Shown piece by piece: positions 9,490 through 18,973 of a stretch of DNA of 64,000 nucleotides. The translations under genes and the position numbers were made by a program. How positions within the stretch are numbered: the first letter of the stretch is position 1; every line of letters begins with the position of its first letter. The notes under the pieces were generated by a model, which did no database searches, had not been told where the DNA came from, and worked only from the letters and a program-made list of their open reading frames with translations. This DNA is from Brevundimonas sp. (GTDB lineage Bacteria; Pseudomonadota; Alphaproteobacteria; Caulobacterales; Caulobacteraceae): the NCBI RefSeq assembly GCF_041648055.1, contig NZ_JBAZPS010000008.1:28742-92741 (forward strand). Reading direction: 5' to 3'.

Positions 9490-11588
9490 GCGCAGACCCC
9501 CGCCAGCAGCTGTTCGCCGTGGACGGCCTCTTCTGCGGCGGGTGCGCGCGCGGTCTAGAGCGTCGGCTTGGCGAAACCGACGGCGTCCTCCTGGCCCGGG
9601 TCCACCACCTTTCCGCCTCGGCCCTGGTGCGATGGGACACACAGCGCTGCGATACCGCTCATCTTCGCGCCGTCGTCCGTCAGGCCGGCTATCGCCTGAT
9701 CGAGCGCGCCGACCCTCAGGATGCGGTGGACCGGTTCGACGGTCAAATCCGCCAGTTGACGCTCAGGCTCGCCGTGTCGGTGGCCTTCGGCATGTGGGCG
9801 ATGGTCGCAGCGATCGTGATCTATGTGACTCCGAGCCTCGGCGCGAACCTCGGCTGGAGGCTGGCTATCGCCAGCGGTCTGCTGGCCTCGCCGGTGCTTC
9901 TCTATGGCGGTTGGGACATCGGCCGCATGGCGATCCGATCCCTGCGTCTCCGCGCGCCCGGGCTAGACCTCCTGGTCACGCTCGGCGTTCTGGGCGCCGT
10001 GGCGGCCTCGCTCGTTCATCTGGGGGCCGGCGATCGCCACGTCTACTTCGACACGGCGGTCATGCTGATCACCCTGCTGCTGACCGGACGTCTGATCGAG
10101 ACCCATATCCGCCGCAGGGCCGCCCAGGGCGTGGTGGCGATGGGCCGTTTGTTCGACGACACGGCCCTGGTCTGGCGGGAGGCGGACGGCTGGCAGGCGG
10201 CGCCCAGCGCCAGCCTCCGTCTTGGCGATCTCGTGCGGATCCCTGCCGGCGCCGTAGCGACCGTCGATGGCCTGATCTTGACCGGTAAGAGCCGCCTGAA
10301 CTCGGCCGTGCTGAACGGCGAATCCGCGCCGCGCGCCATCACTCCGGGAGACCGCATCAGCGCGGGGGCCGTCAATCTCGACCGGATGATCGAAGTCTCG
10401 GTTGATCGCGAAGCCGGAGATCGCGACGTGGATCGGATGGGGGGACGGGTGGCCCTAGAACTGGCGACGCGCGGCGGTGACGAGGACCGGATCGCGCGCC
10501 TGGCCGGCACGCTGACCCAGGGCCTGATCCTGGCGGCCGTCCTGGTGACGGCAGCGACGCTGGCGGTTATGGCCGACGGGGGCGAGGCGGTGATGCGCGG
10601 CCTGGTCGTGCTCCTGGCGGCCTGCCCCTGCGCCCTGGCCCTGGCCGCGCCCCTGGCGCAGGCGCGGCTCTCGGCCAAGGCCGCCGGGCACGGTCTGCGG
10701 TTTTCCGATCCCGGCGTCGTCGATCGCATGGCCGGGCTGCGCACCGCCTTTCTGGACAAGACCGGGACCCTGACCCTGGGCCGCCTCGAGGTGGTCGCCG
10801 TCGACCCCTGCCCCGGCTGGTCTGTGGCGCAGGTGCTGGACCTGGCGGCGCGTGCGGAGACCGGCATCGCCCATCCCCTTGCGCAGGCCGTCGTCGCCGC
10901 CGCGTCGATCGGCGACGCGGTCGTCGTCGGCGGTCAACGCCTGGATCGCGGCGCCGAGACGACGCTGGCGGACGGAACCCACGTCCATGTCGGCGGCGTC
11001 GCTAGTTTGCAGGGAGAAACCCGTCTTCGGGTCACCGTGGATGGTCTCGCGGTCGGCGACCTTCTGCTCGCCGATGCGCTGGACCCCAGCGCCGCCGACG
11101 GTGTGGCGCAGCTCAAACGGCGAGGATTGCGGGTCGCCATGGCCACCGGCGACGCCGACGGGCCGGCCCTGGCGGTCGCGCAGCGGATCGGCCTGGACGC
11201 CGCTGCGGTCCACTGGGGCTGCACCCCCGCCGACAAGGCCGACAGGATCAGGAACACGAGAGGACCTGTGCTCTTCGTCGGCGACGGCGTGAACGACGCC
11301 CCCGCCCTGACCGCCGCCGCCTGCGGGGTCTCGGTGGCCCGGGCGCATCCGGCCGCCGCGGCCACGGCGGCGATCGTCATCCTCGAAGGGGGTCTTGAAC
11401 AGGTCGACGTGGCGCTAAGCCTGGCCGCCGAGACACGCCGCAAAATCCGCCAGAATGTCGTCCTCGCCCTCGCCTACAACATCATCGTCCTGCCCCTGGC
11501 GGCTTTGGGCCTGCTTTCTCCCTTGGGGGCCGCAATCGCCATGACCGCGAGTTCCCTGCTGGTGCTGCTGAATGCGTTGCGAGATTGA
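9486..11588 (+). CDS. heavy-metal (Cu) translocating P1B-type ATPase, CcoI/FixI-like by context
   Basis: 700 aa; HMA domain CGGC, CPC in TM6, DKTGTLT phosphorylation site, GDGVNDAPAL; TTG start overlaps previous stop (alternative GTG at 9519). Confidence 0.9.
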   Translation: MSADPRQQLFAVDGLFCGGCARGLERRLGETDGVLLARVHHLSASALVRWDTQRCDTAHLRAVVRQAGYRLIERADPQDAVDRFDGQIRQLTLRLAVSVAFGMWAMVAAIVIYVTPSLGANLGWRLAIASGLLASPVLLYGGWDIGRMAIRSLRLRAPGLDLLVTLGVLGAVAASLVHLGAGDRHVYFDTAVMLITLLLTGRLIETHIRRRAAQGVVAMGRLFDDTALVWREADGWQAAPSASLRLGDLVRIPAGAVATVDGLILTGKSRLNSAVLNGESAPRAITPGDRISAGAVNLDRMIEVSVDREAGDRDVDRMGGRVALELATRGGDEDRIARLAGTLTQGLILAAVLVTAATLAVMADGGEAVMRGLVVLLAACPCALALAAPLAQARLSAKAAGHGLRFSDPGVVDRMAGLRTAFLDKTGTLTLGRLEVVAVDPCPGWSVAQVLDLAARAETGIAHPLAQAVVAAASIGDAVVVGGQRLDRGAETTLADGTHVHVGGVASLQGETRLRVTVDGLAVGDLLLADALDPSAADGVAQLKRRGLRVAMATGDADGPALAVAQRIGLDAAAVHWGCTPADKADRIRNTRGPVLFVGDGVNDAPALTAAACGVSVARAHPAAAATAAIVILEGGLEQVDVALSLAAETRRKIRQNVVLALAYNIIVLPLAALGLLSPLGAAIAMTASSLLVLLNALRD

Positions 11589-12117
11589 CCGACGGGGCAG
11601 TCCGGGGGCCATCCGCCCTCGGCGCCGGACGAACACCGACACCTCATGTCTTGCGTTGAGCGCCGGTTTCGACCCAGCACGGCTGTGGGATTTCGATAGA
11701 GGGCCTTTCGCGCGGGCGCTCGGACGACGGGGAACGTCCGGCGATCCTCAGATCTGGAGCCAAGAGACGCCAATGGCTCGGCAGCGATCGCGGGGAAGAT
11801 GTTGAGCGGAGCACGCTTGTTTCTAGCCCGCCGCTACGAACGATCTGATGGCGATTGCCATGGAGTTCCGCTCAGCAGCCTGCGCCAAAAGTCCGTTCTG
11901 CGAATTGGGCGCCCTAAGTCTGATCCGCACGATCCCATCCGCGCATGATGACCCCCTACTCGACGTCAAGATATGCTGATCGCGCATGCCGTCATCCTCC
12001 CGCCGAGCGCAGTCAGGAGGATGTGCCCCGGCTTCTTCGGCGCAGCGGTCAGATTCGCTCCGCCGAAAAGACATATATTCATTGGGCGTCACCCGTGGTT
12101 GTCTCGATCTGCGCCGG

Positions 12118-12939
12118 TTAGGGCGCCGCCTGTCGAGGCGCGACCAGCTTAGGGAAGTAGGGCGGCGGCTTGCAGGGCGCGCCGGCGATCAGCGGATGCA
12201 CCTTGGCGAGTTTCACACCGAGGCATTGCGTTACGAAATCGCCCGCGTCATAGGCCCCTGGCGCGCCTTCAAATGACTGGTGGTGATAGACGGCGTTTCG
12301 CGCATCCCGGATGCGGTCGAGCCAAGTCACCGCGAGTTGCTTCGGAACCATTTGCCCCTTGAAGACGAACTTGGGCGCGAAGAGCGACCAGTGGTCCTCA
12401 ATCAGGAAGACGAGGTGTCCGAAGTCGCAGGCTGTCAGGAGCTCGTTCCCGGTGCGAAAGCTGGTGACCGCGACCTTCTTGTCGATCAGGGACTGCAGGA
12501 TTCGCCCCATTCGGTAGGGAATCTCGCGGTTGATGTCGACGTTGCCGATGCGCGTCACCGACCGGGGATCCCACGCGCTCGACATCAGCCCTTTGAGTAC
12601 AGGGTTCCACCAACCTTGGATGCCGTAGTGGGTCTCCAGCTCGACGGCGAGGCTCGCGCGCAGGGCGGTCTCGACCGTGTGGAACATCGGGAACATCTGA
12701 GCGTGCTCAGCGACCTTGCGATTGTAGATTCGGTAGATCGCGTCGCGGATATCGCCCTCAGCCGGTTCTTCCGGCAGCTTCTTTTTCGCGGTCGCCGCGA
12801 TCTCCTGGATGGCGCCGCTCAAAAGCTGCGAGCTGACGACCGACAGGTCCGTTCGGAGACGGTCGATTACGGCTTGGTCGGGTCGCTGCGGCAGGGCGTC
12901 GATGAGGGCGTTCAGGGATTCTGTGATAGACTTGGTCAC
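12118..12939 (-). CDS. Abi2 (AbiD/AbiF-like) HEPN-family abortive-infection protein
   Basis: 273 aa; FGHLVFLIEDHW ... WLDRIRDARNAVYHHQ matches the Abi_2 pattern FGxL ... RNxxxH (Rx4H HEPN motif). Confidence 0.6.
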   Translation of the reverse strand: MTKSITESLNALIDALPQRPDQAVIDRLRTDLSVVSSQLLSGAIQEIAATAKKKLPEEPAEGDIRDAIYRIYNRKVAEHAQMFPMFHTVETALRASLAVELETHYGIQGWWNPVLKGLMSSAWDPRSVTRIGNVDINREIPYRMGRILQSLIDKKVAVTSFRTGNELLTACDFGHLVFLIEDHWSLFAPKFVFKGQMVPKQLAVTWLDRIRDARNAVYHHQSFEGAPGAYDAGDFVTQCLGVKLAKVHPLIAGAPCKPPPYFPKLVAPRQAAP

Positions 12940-13187
12940 GCGCCGACGCCCCCGCTCCAGCCCGGCGCATTGACGAACCGGGAAACAAACCTCATATTCA
13001 CGGCACTCCAGCCACGTCGTTCCGTGGGTTCGTTACCAGCCGCAAGGCTGGCGTGGAATGAGTCTAAACAGACTTCCAAGGGCCGCCGCGAGGCGGCCCT
13101 TCTACTTTGGGCCTCGATCCGAGCGGTCAGGCCGTCGCCTTCCACCTCGTGCGTCGAGACCGGATCGGTCACGGCTCCACCAAGGGT

Positions 13188-15311
13188 TCAAGTCTTGAGC
13201 GAGAGCTGCAGCTTGTCCTGATAGACCCTGATGCGCTTTTTCGCCCTGGCGACGACGTCGTCGTAGAAGAGGATTTCGGAATAGGTCTCGCCCAGTTGTC
13301 GCCTGGCCACCGGGTCGCGGAGCTCACCTGAGGAAAACCAGCCCGTGCCGGTCGGAAACTGGGTCCAGGTCTCGCCGAGCCGCAGCGGGTTGAGCGTGTC
13401 GCCGATCAGATAGCAGTAGAAACGGTTGAGCTTGCCGCCGGACTTGGCCGCAAGGAGATGGGCGTACTCCCGCAGGTCGCCGGTGTGATCGTCCATCGAC
13501 ACGCCAGGCGCCTTGAACTCGACAATGATCGCCGACCCCTCCTTGCTGAAGAGCGCGATATCGGGGCGTTTCGCGGCATGGTCATTGGAACGCTCGACCA
13601 ACAGCTTGGCGAACTCGCGATCGATATCGTCCTCGAAGACGGTCTCGTCCCCCTCCCAGACGATACTGGCCAGCGGAACATCCGACGCGATGTAGTCGTA
13701 GTACTGGTAATCCTCGCTCAGCAGCCAGATGTCGTGATCGGTGACGTCGGTGCTGTCCCGCCGCATCGGGAAGAAAATGCTGTGAATGATCCGTTCGTCC
13801 TTGCGGCGGACACCATCCGCCAACGACTGCATGGCGAGGTTCTTGCCGCAGGCCAGGGCGAGAATTTCCACGATGGCGGCGCGGCGAACGACGAGCTGGG
13901 ACAGGTTCGCCATGTCGAAATTCTTGAGCGACGAGGTGTACTTCCAGGCCAGCTGGTTGATCTTCGCACGGAACTCCTCGGAATCCGGTTCGGCGCGGAT
14001 GATCTCCTCCTTCAAGTCGAAGATTTCCGCCGTCTCCTCGATGACCCGCTCCTGGTACTTCTTGAGCACGCGCTCGACCACGGACTGCGCCGGCTCGCCA
14101 TAGACGATGCGCGTCGAGGTGTCGGCCAACATGGCTTCGCTCACACCGAACTGGTCGGTGAGCTCCTTGATCACGACCTCCTTCGTCCAATCCGCCGGAA
14201 CGACCATCTCCTCGATCACGGGATCGATGGCGGCATGGATGTCGGCGTAGGAGAGGGGGTCCGAGGCGAAGAGGTCCGTGGTCGGGATCTCGGCGGGAAT
14301 GTCGTCGAAGCCGTCGCGCTGTTCGTTCACCCGTTGGTCGAGGAAGTCGCTCTCCACGAGGACGATGTGGTGAAAGCCGCCGACAGGGTTGTTCTGCTCG
14401 GTCTTCGTACGGAGGTAATAGCCTGTGATGTCCTGCACCGGAGAGGATTTGGCGCAGAAGGCGATCGCATTCCTGGGCAGGCCGAACTCGGCGGCGTCCA
14501 GCTGATAATGCGAGAGCCGGAAGGTCTGATGGACCCCGGTCCCCTCGCCCGTCGACGGATTCCGCTCCTCGACCTCTACCGACCGTGTCGCGGTCACTTT
14601 CGGAAGATCGGCCCGCTTCAGCACTTCTGTGTTGGCGTCGCCGTCGCCATGGCGGGTCACAAAGGCGATGCCGAAATCCCCCAGGCGTTCATCCAGCCCG
14701 ACGAGACGCTGGAGGAAGGCCATGAGCATCTGACGCTTCAGCGCTGCAGCGGAGAAGAGCGTGCTGGGGGCCGCCCCCGCGAAGCGCGGCCGCGCCGTCT
14801 CCTTGAAGGCGCCGAGCGACAGCGCCGTGCCGATAACCGTCTCAGCGCCGGGCGTTTCCGAGAAGTCCTCGAAATCGATCTGCTTGGTCGGCTCGGCATA
14901 ATCCATGCGACGATGGATCGCCTCCCCGCCCCGCCTGAACGTGCTCTCGATCGATAGCGAACCGAAGTAGTGGAAATACTGAATGCGCCCCGCGCCCTTA
15001 CACTTGCCGATCCCGGCGATGTGCAGGTCGTCCTTGTATGACGTGTCCTTGGTGAGGAACGCCTTCAGCTGATCGTCACCGAGCCCGCAACCGTTGTCGC
15101 GACAGCGCACCGACATCACCTCGAGCTCGCCGAACAGATCGCTCGTCCTGAACACCACGTCCACACGGACATCGAGCGCCGGCGCCGAAGGCTCGGCATC
15201 CTTCCGGATCAGGTAGGAGTCGATGGCATTCGAGATCAGTTCCTCGAACACAACATAGGGGTTCGTACTGAGCTTCGTATTCTTGATGCTGCCCCGGATA
15301 TCGAGCGTCAT
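13188..15311 (-). CDS. GHKL (HATPase_c_3/MORC-like) ATPase with C-terminal PD-(D/E)xK, Shedu/DUF4263-like nuclease domain
   Basis: Start set at ATG 15311 (MTLDIRGS); Bergerat-fold motifs EELISNAIDS and CRDNGCGL; C-terminus RPDIALFSKEGSAIIVEFKAP preceded by IIHSIFFP...DIWLLSEDYQYYDY. Confidence 0.75.
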   Translation of the reverse strand: MTLDIRGSIKNTKLSTNPYVVFEELISNAIDSYLIRKDAEPSAPALDVRVDVVFRTSDLFGELEVMSVRCRDNGCGLGDDQLKAFLTKDTSYKDDLHIAGIGKCKGAGRIQYFHYFGSLSIESTFRRGGEAIHRRMDYAEPTKQIDFEDFSETPGAETVIGTALSLGAFKETARPRFAGAAPSTLFSAAALKRQMLMAFLQRLVGLDERLGDFGIAFVTRHGDGDANTEVLKRADLPKVTATRSVEVEERNPSTGEGTGVHQTFRLSHYQLDAAEFGLPRNAIAFCAKSSPVQDITGYYLRTKTEQNNPVGGFHHIVLVESDFLDQRVNEQRDGFDDIPAEIPTTDLFASDPLSYADIHAAIDPVIEEMVVPADWTKEVVIKELTDQFGVSEAMLADTSTRIVYGEPAQSVVERVLKKYQERVIEETAEIFDLKEEIIRAEPDSEEFRAKINQLAWKYTSSLKNFDMANLSQLVVRRAAIVEILALACGKNLAMQSLADGVRRKDERIIHSIFFPMRRDSTDVTDHDIWLLSEDYQYYDYIASDVPLASIVWEGDETVFEDDIDREFAKLLVERSNDHAAKRPDIALFSKEGSAIIVEFKAPGVSMDDHTGDLREYAHLLAAKSGGKLNRFYCYLIGDTLNPLRLGETWTQFPTGTGWFSSGELRDPVARRQLGETYSEILFYDDVVARAKKRIRVYQDKLQLSLKT

Positions 15312-15515
15312 AGTCGTGTCGGCCCGTCTTCGAGGTGTCGCCCTTCCCTCTCCAGACCAGCGCCCAGAGGGCAAGTCAAGACGACTTTCTTCGCTCCACG
15401 AGACGTCCGCGACCGCACCTGGCGCAGGCGAACGACTCTGGAACACTCGCGCAATGCGGGTATCATCGCCCCTCGTTCAAGCCGCTGGAATCACTCCGGC
15501 GGATCGGGGGAAGTC

Positions 15516-17948
15516 TTGACGGCGTTCGAAATCCAGAATGAGAACCGGAACCCGGGCTCCGCTCTTCGGAACGAGGCGGCGAACTACCTCAGCGGTCTCT
15601 ACGGAAACGGCCGCACCGAGATCCTGATCGCTGGAAAGAAGGTCGACGGCGTTTTCGAGCGAGACGACTTCGGAAGCCGCGAGACGATCATCCTTGAGGC
15701 GAAGGACTACGCGCGCCCCCTCCATCGGGACGACCTCAAAGCAATCTGGTCGGACTATGAGACGGTTCTGGATGAAGTGCGGCCGGCCAAGCTTCTGGTC
15801 ATCTCCCGTCACGGTCTGGCTCCCGGCGCACAGGCCTATCTCGATACCCGCCCGCCGATGCGGCACCGCACGATCTGGGAGCTGGAAGACGAGGTGCTGG
15901 GCCTGCGACCTCACACCCAGGCGATGGCGGCCGCCTTTGAGGAGGGCGGGCTCAGCCGGTTCTACATCGAGGCCCGAGCCGCCGAGGTCGCGTATGATGC
16001 CGACATGGCCGAATCCGAAGGCGAGGTCGTCGGTCTGATCGACGAGGTCGTGGCATGGCTGGCTACGGAAGACCCCACGCCGCTGGCGATCCTCGGCGGT
16101 TACGGGGCCGGCAAATCGAGTTTCGCCAAACGCCTCGTGACGCAGCAGGCGGCGCAGGCTCTGACGGATCCCAGCGCTCGCCGTCCGATCCTGATCAAGC
16201 TCGGCGGGCTGTCCCGCTACAGCGATCTGGAGGGCTTCCTCGGCGCGATGCTGACGAGTCAGCACAATGTCCGGGGATACAACTTCACCCGCTTCCTGGA
16301 CTTCAACAGCAAGGGCCGTTTCCTGATCGTCCTCGACGGCTTCGACGAGATGAAGCACGCGATGTCCTTCTCGGAGTTCCGCGCGCAGGTCGGTCAGTTC
16401 AATCAGCTCATCACACCGGGGGCGAAGGTGGTTCTGCTGGGCCGCCCCTCCGCATTCACCACCGACGCCGAACACCACTATGTACTGAAAGGGCGCATCC
16501 CTGCGCAGGATCGCTGGCGCAAGCTGCCGGGCTGGCCCGAGTTCAGGGAGTACCGCCTCGCCGATTTCAGCGACGCGGAGCGCGATCTCTTCATCGCCGG
16601 CTTTCTGGCCTATCAGGCCGGAACCTCGGGCGATGGGGGTGCGGATGCGGAGTGGGTCGACAAGCGTCGCCAGGAGGTGTCCGAACTCGCGGCGGCGGAC
16701 CCTGCGGTTTTCGGACGCCCCGTCCATCTGAAAATCCTCGCCGAAATGGCGGCGGACCGCGAACAGGATCTGACCCGACTGCGCCGAAGCCCGTCGCGCT
16801 GGTCGCTTTATGATGAGTTCTTTCAGTCGCTGGCGCGCCGTGAGGCCGAGAAGCCCGCCCGCACCCCCATCGGCGAGAAAGATCGACTTCGTTTCCTGGC
16901 CGAACTCGCCTTTTGGCTTTGGAGAGATCGGGCCGCAGCAACGAGCTTCGTCGCGGAGGTCATTCCATCGGACCTTCTCGCGGACTTGCCGGATGGAGAC
17001 GCGCACGAGGTCGAACACAAGCGTCGGGAGTATCTCGCCGGGGCCTTCCTGGAGCGGAAAGCCGGCGACATCTATTATTTCCCGCACCGGTCGTTCGCCG
17101 AATTCCTCGTGGCCTCCCGGATGTTGAGCTGCCCGCCGCAGGCAGGCGACCATGTCCTCTACGGGACCCTCGCGCAGGAGGGCGTTCTGGAGTTTCTCCA
17201 GACCCCCGAAAACCAGCCCCGCCTCCGCGCCTGGGCGGAAACCTTCGTCTCGGCGCAGGGCTCGCTCCGGCCGAGTTACATCCGCCTTTTGATCGATGCT
17301 TTCGGCGGACCAAACCCGCTCATCCAGCACATTCCTTCAACCTACTGGACATTGCCGATCCGACTGATCGGCGGATCGTTGAAGATCGATCCGTCGAACC
17401 TGGCGCCTCTGCGGACCGCGATGATGCAGGCTCGCGTTCCCGAGCTGGCGCTCGCACTGCAGTTGCTCGAGCCTCACGGCGTTCTCGCCTCTGAAGACAC
17501 TGTCCGTCAGGCGCTGGAGCCGATGATCGCCGGCGTCCTGATCGAACGAACCCTGGGACACGTCCGAGAGCTGCCGCAGAATGATCGGCTCTCGGTCGAT
17601 GGCGAAGAGGGCGAGCGCATGCGTGCGCTTGCGACCGCGGGGGTAAAGGAAATCGCGGCCGGCCGCACAGGGCGCGTGGTGTCCATGAACTGGCTTGGAC
17701 TGCTTGAAGGGGCCTGGGCGGCGAGCCAGGCGCACGGCGTCGTCCTCAAGACCCACGCCCCTCAACAAGCCTCGGGTTACCCACCCCTCGAACTGCCTCT
17801 CGATGTCGTGCTCTCGACGATCCCGGTGGCATCCCGCCCACGGATTCAAGGGTTTCTGCATAAGCTTTCCGACCTGCGGCACATCATCGTTGTCGCGCGC
17901 CGTAACCCGCGCACGATCGCAGCGGATCGGCCAATCCGGAGGCCCTGA
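15516..17948 (+). CDS. STAND NTPase: N-terminal Mrr-type restriction-endonuclease-fold domain + NACHT ATPase + helical C-terminal region
   Basis: 810 aa; TTG start 5 nt after GGGGGA; VDGVFER...IILEAKDY (D..ExK); Walker A GGYGAGKSSF; Walker B FLIVLDGFDEM typical of NACHT. Confidence 0.8.
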   Translation: MTAFEIQNENRNPGSALRNEAANYLSGLYGNGRTEILIAGKKVDGVFERDDFGSRETIILEAKDYARPLHRDDLKAIWSDYETVLDEVRPAKLLVISRHGLAPGAQAYLDTRPPMRHRTIWELEDEVLGLRPHTQAMAAAFEEGGLSRFYIEARAAEVAYDADMAESEGEVVGLIDEVVAWLATEDPTPLAILGGYGAGKSSFAKRLVTQQAAQALTDPSARRPILIKLGGLSRYSDLEGFLGAMLTSQHNVRGYNFTRFLDFNSKGRFLIVLDGFDEMKHAMSFSEFRAQVGQFNQLITPGAKVVLLGRPSAFTTDAEHHYVLKGRIPAQDRWRKLPGWPEFREYRLADFSDAERDLFIAGFLAYQAGTSGDGGADAEWVDKRRQEVSELAAADPAVFGRPVHLKILAEMAADREQDLTRLRRSPSRWSLYDEFFQSLARREAEKPARTPIGEKDRLRFLAELAFWLWRDRAAATSFVAEVIPSDLLADLPDGDAHEVEHKRREYLAGAFLERKAGDIYYFPHRSFAEFLVASRMLSCPPQAGDHVLYGTLAQEGVLEFLQTPENQPRLRAWAETFVSAQGSLRPSYIRLLIDAFGGPNPLIQHIPSTYWTLPIRLIGGSLKIDPSNLAPLRTAMMQARVPELALALQLLEPHGVLASEDTVRQALEPMIAGVLIERTLGHVRELPQNDRLSVDGEEGERMRALATAGVKEIAAGRTGRVVSMNWLGLLEGAWAASQAHGVVLKTHAPQQASGYPPLELPLDVVLSTIPVASRPRIQGFLHKLSDLRHIIVVARRNPRTIAADRPIRRP

Positions 17949-18130
17949 ATTCCGCTCGCGCGAAGCCCTTCCCGGCGTCGTGCGGCGCGGTTGTGCAGGC
18001 GACGCGCGATCATCGGAGAATGGCCGACCGAGGCCGTGGGTGCGTGGTGAGGTGACGTGGGCGCCGAACGTTTGCACCTGATCGACGGACCGGGACCGCC
18101 GACAGGAGCGGCGCGCCGCCCAGCCGTCAC

Positions 18131-18973
18131 TCAAAAGGGCGAGAGCGCCAGGTCGACCCTCTCGATCAGGGCCCGAAAGAGTTCAGCCGTTTCGGTCACA
18201 TAGGCTTTGGTGAAGACCGTCAGCTTCTCGTTGTTCTTGTCGCGGCCGTTTCGATGGACGCAGTCGTGACGATGCTGAATCGCGACAAACAGCTTCTCCC
18301 TCTGTGTTTGCTCCTTGAGGAGTTCGACCTCCAGAGCGATCCGGTACAGCGTGTCGACCTTCGCGAGGTTGTGGTAGCGGATGTCGGCCAGATAGGCCCC
18401 GACCCTGTCTCGGATCAGGCCGGGATTTTCCTGGATCTCCGCCAGGGTGAACCTTTCCTTCGCCAGTTCCTTGTCGCCGGCGAGAAGCCGCCCCAGACGC
18501 TTCTCGTCGCCCAGCACTTCCTTGAGAAGCGTGTCGCCGAGGAAGGCTTCGAGAGCCGCAACGTGCTGAGAGAAGACCATCCGATTGATCAGGGCGCCGC
18601 CGTCGTCCGAGCCGTGGGCATCGAGATAGGCCTGCGCCTGCTCGAACGACTCCGCCCAGATTGAGAGCGGGTTTTCCGGGAGAGCGTAGTCGGACCAATC
18701 CTCCTCGGGAGAGTAGAAGGCGACATCCGCCGAAACCGCCGTCTCAGGATGGGCGTTGAGCCTGACCTCGCAACTGCCTGCGCTGTTCACGACATAGGCC
18801 TCAAAGACGGTTTCGCAGTGGGGGCATTCGACCTCGGTTTCGCCCTCGGAGTTCAGGTCCGACATGCTTTCGGCTGCGCTCCAGTCCGGCTCGGGCACCT
18901 CCGCGCTCGTGACCGCCAGGGCGTGGCAATCCGGGCATGTGAACTGGATCTGCGTCTCGAAACGTTGGGTCAT
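18131..18973 (-). CDS. zinc-ribbon + HEPN-like (Rx4H) domain protein
   Basis: 280 aa; CPDC ... CPHC pair in first 65 aa; C-terminal helical domain with IQHRHDCVHRNG (R-x4-H). Confidence 0.5.
   Translation of the reverse strand: MTQRFETQIQFTCPDCHALAVTSAEVPEPDWSAAESMSDLNSEGETEVECPHCETVFEAYVVNSAGSCEVRLNAHPETAVSADVAFYSPEEDWSDYALPENPLSIWAESFEQAQAYLDAHGSDDGGALINRMVFSQHVAALEAFLGDTLLKEVLGDEKRLGRLLAGDKELAKERFTLAEIQENPGLIRDRVGAYLADIRYHNLAKVDTLYRIALEVELLKEQTQREKLFVAIQHRHDCVHRNGRDKNNEKLTVFTKAYVTETAELFRALIERVDLALSPF

Larger units (their letters stand above)
12118..18973. other. putative anti-phage defence island (four nuclease/NTPase-type genes)
   Basis: Clustered Abi2/HEPN, GHKL-nuclease, Mrr-NACHT and Zn-ribbon-HEPN genes in a stretch that looks more A/T-rich than its flanks (by eye, not computed). 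Confidence 0.6.

Noticed and set aside
11823-12092. 89-aa ORF in the 529-bp gap left of the defence island, considered as a possible integrase or transposase remnant.
   Set aside because: No recombinase motifs (no RHRY-type residues), no SD, and a composition that looks non-coding.
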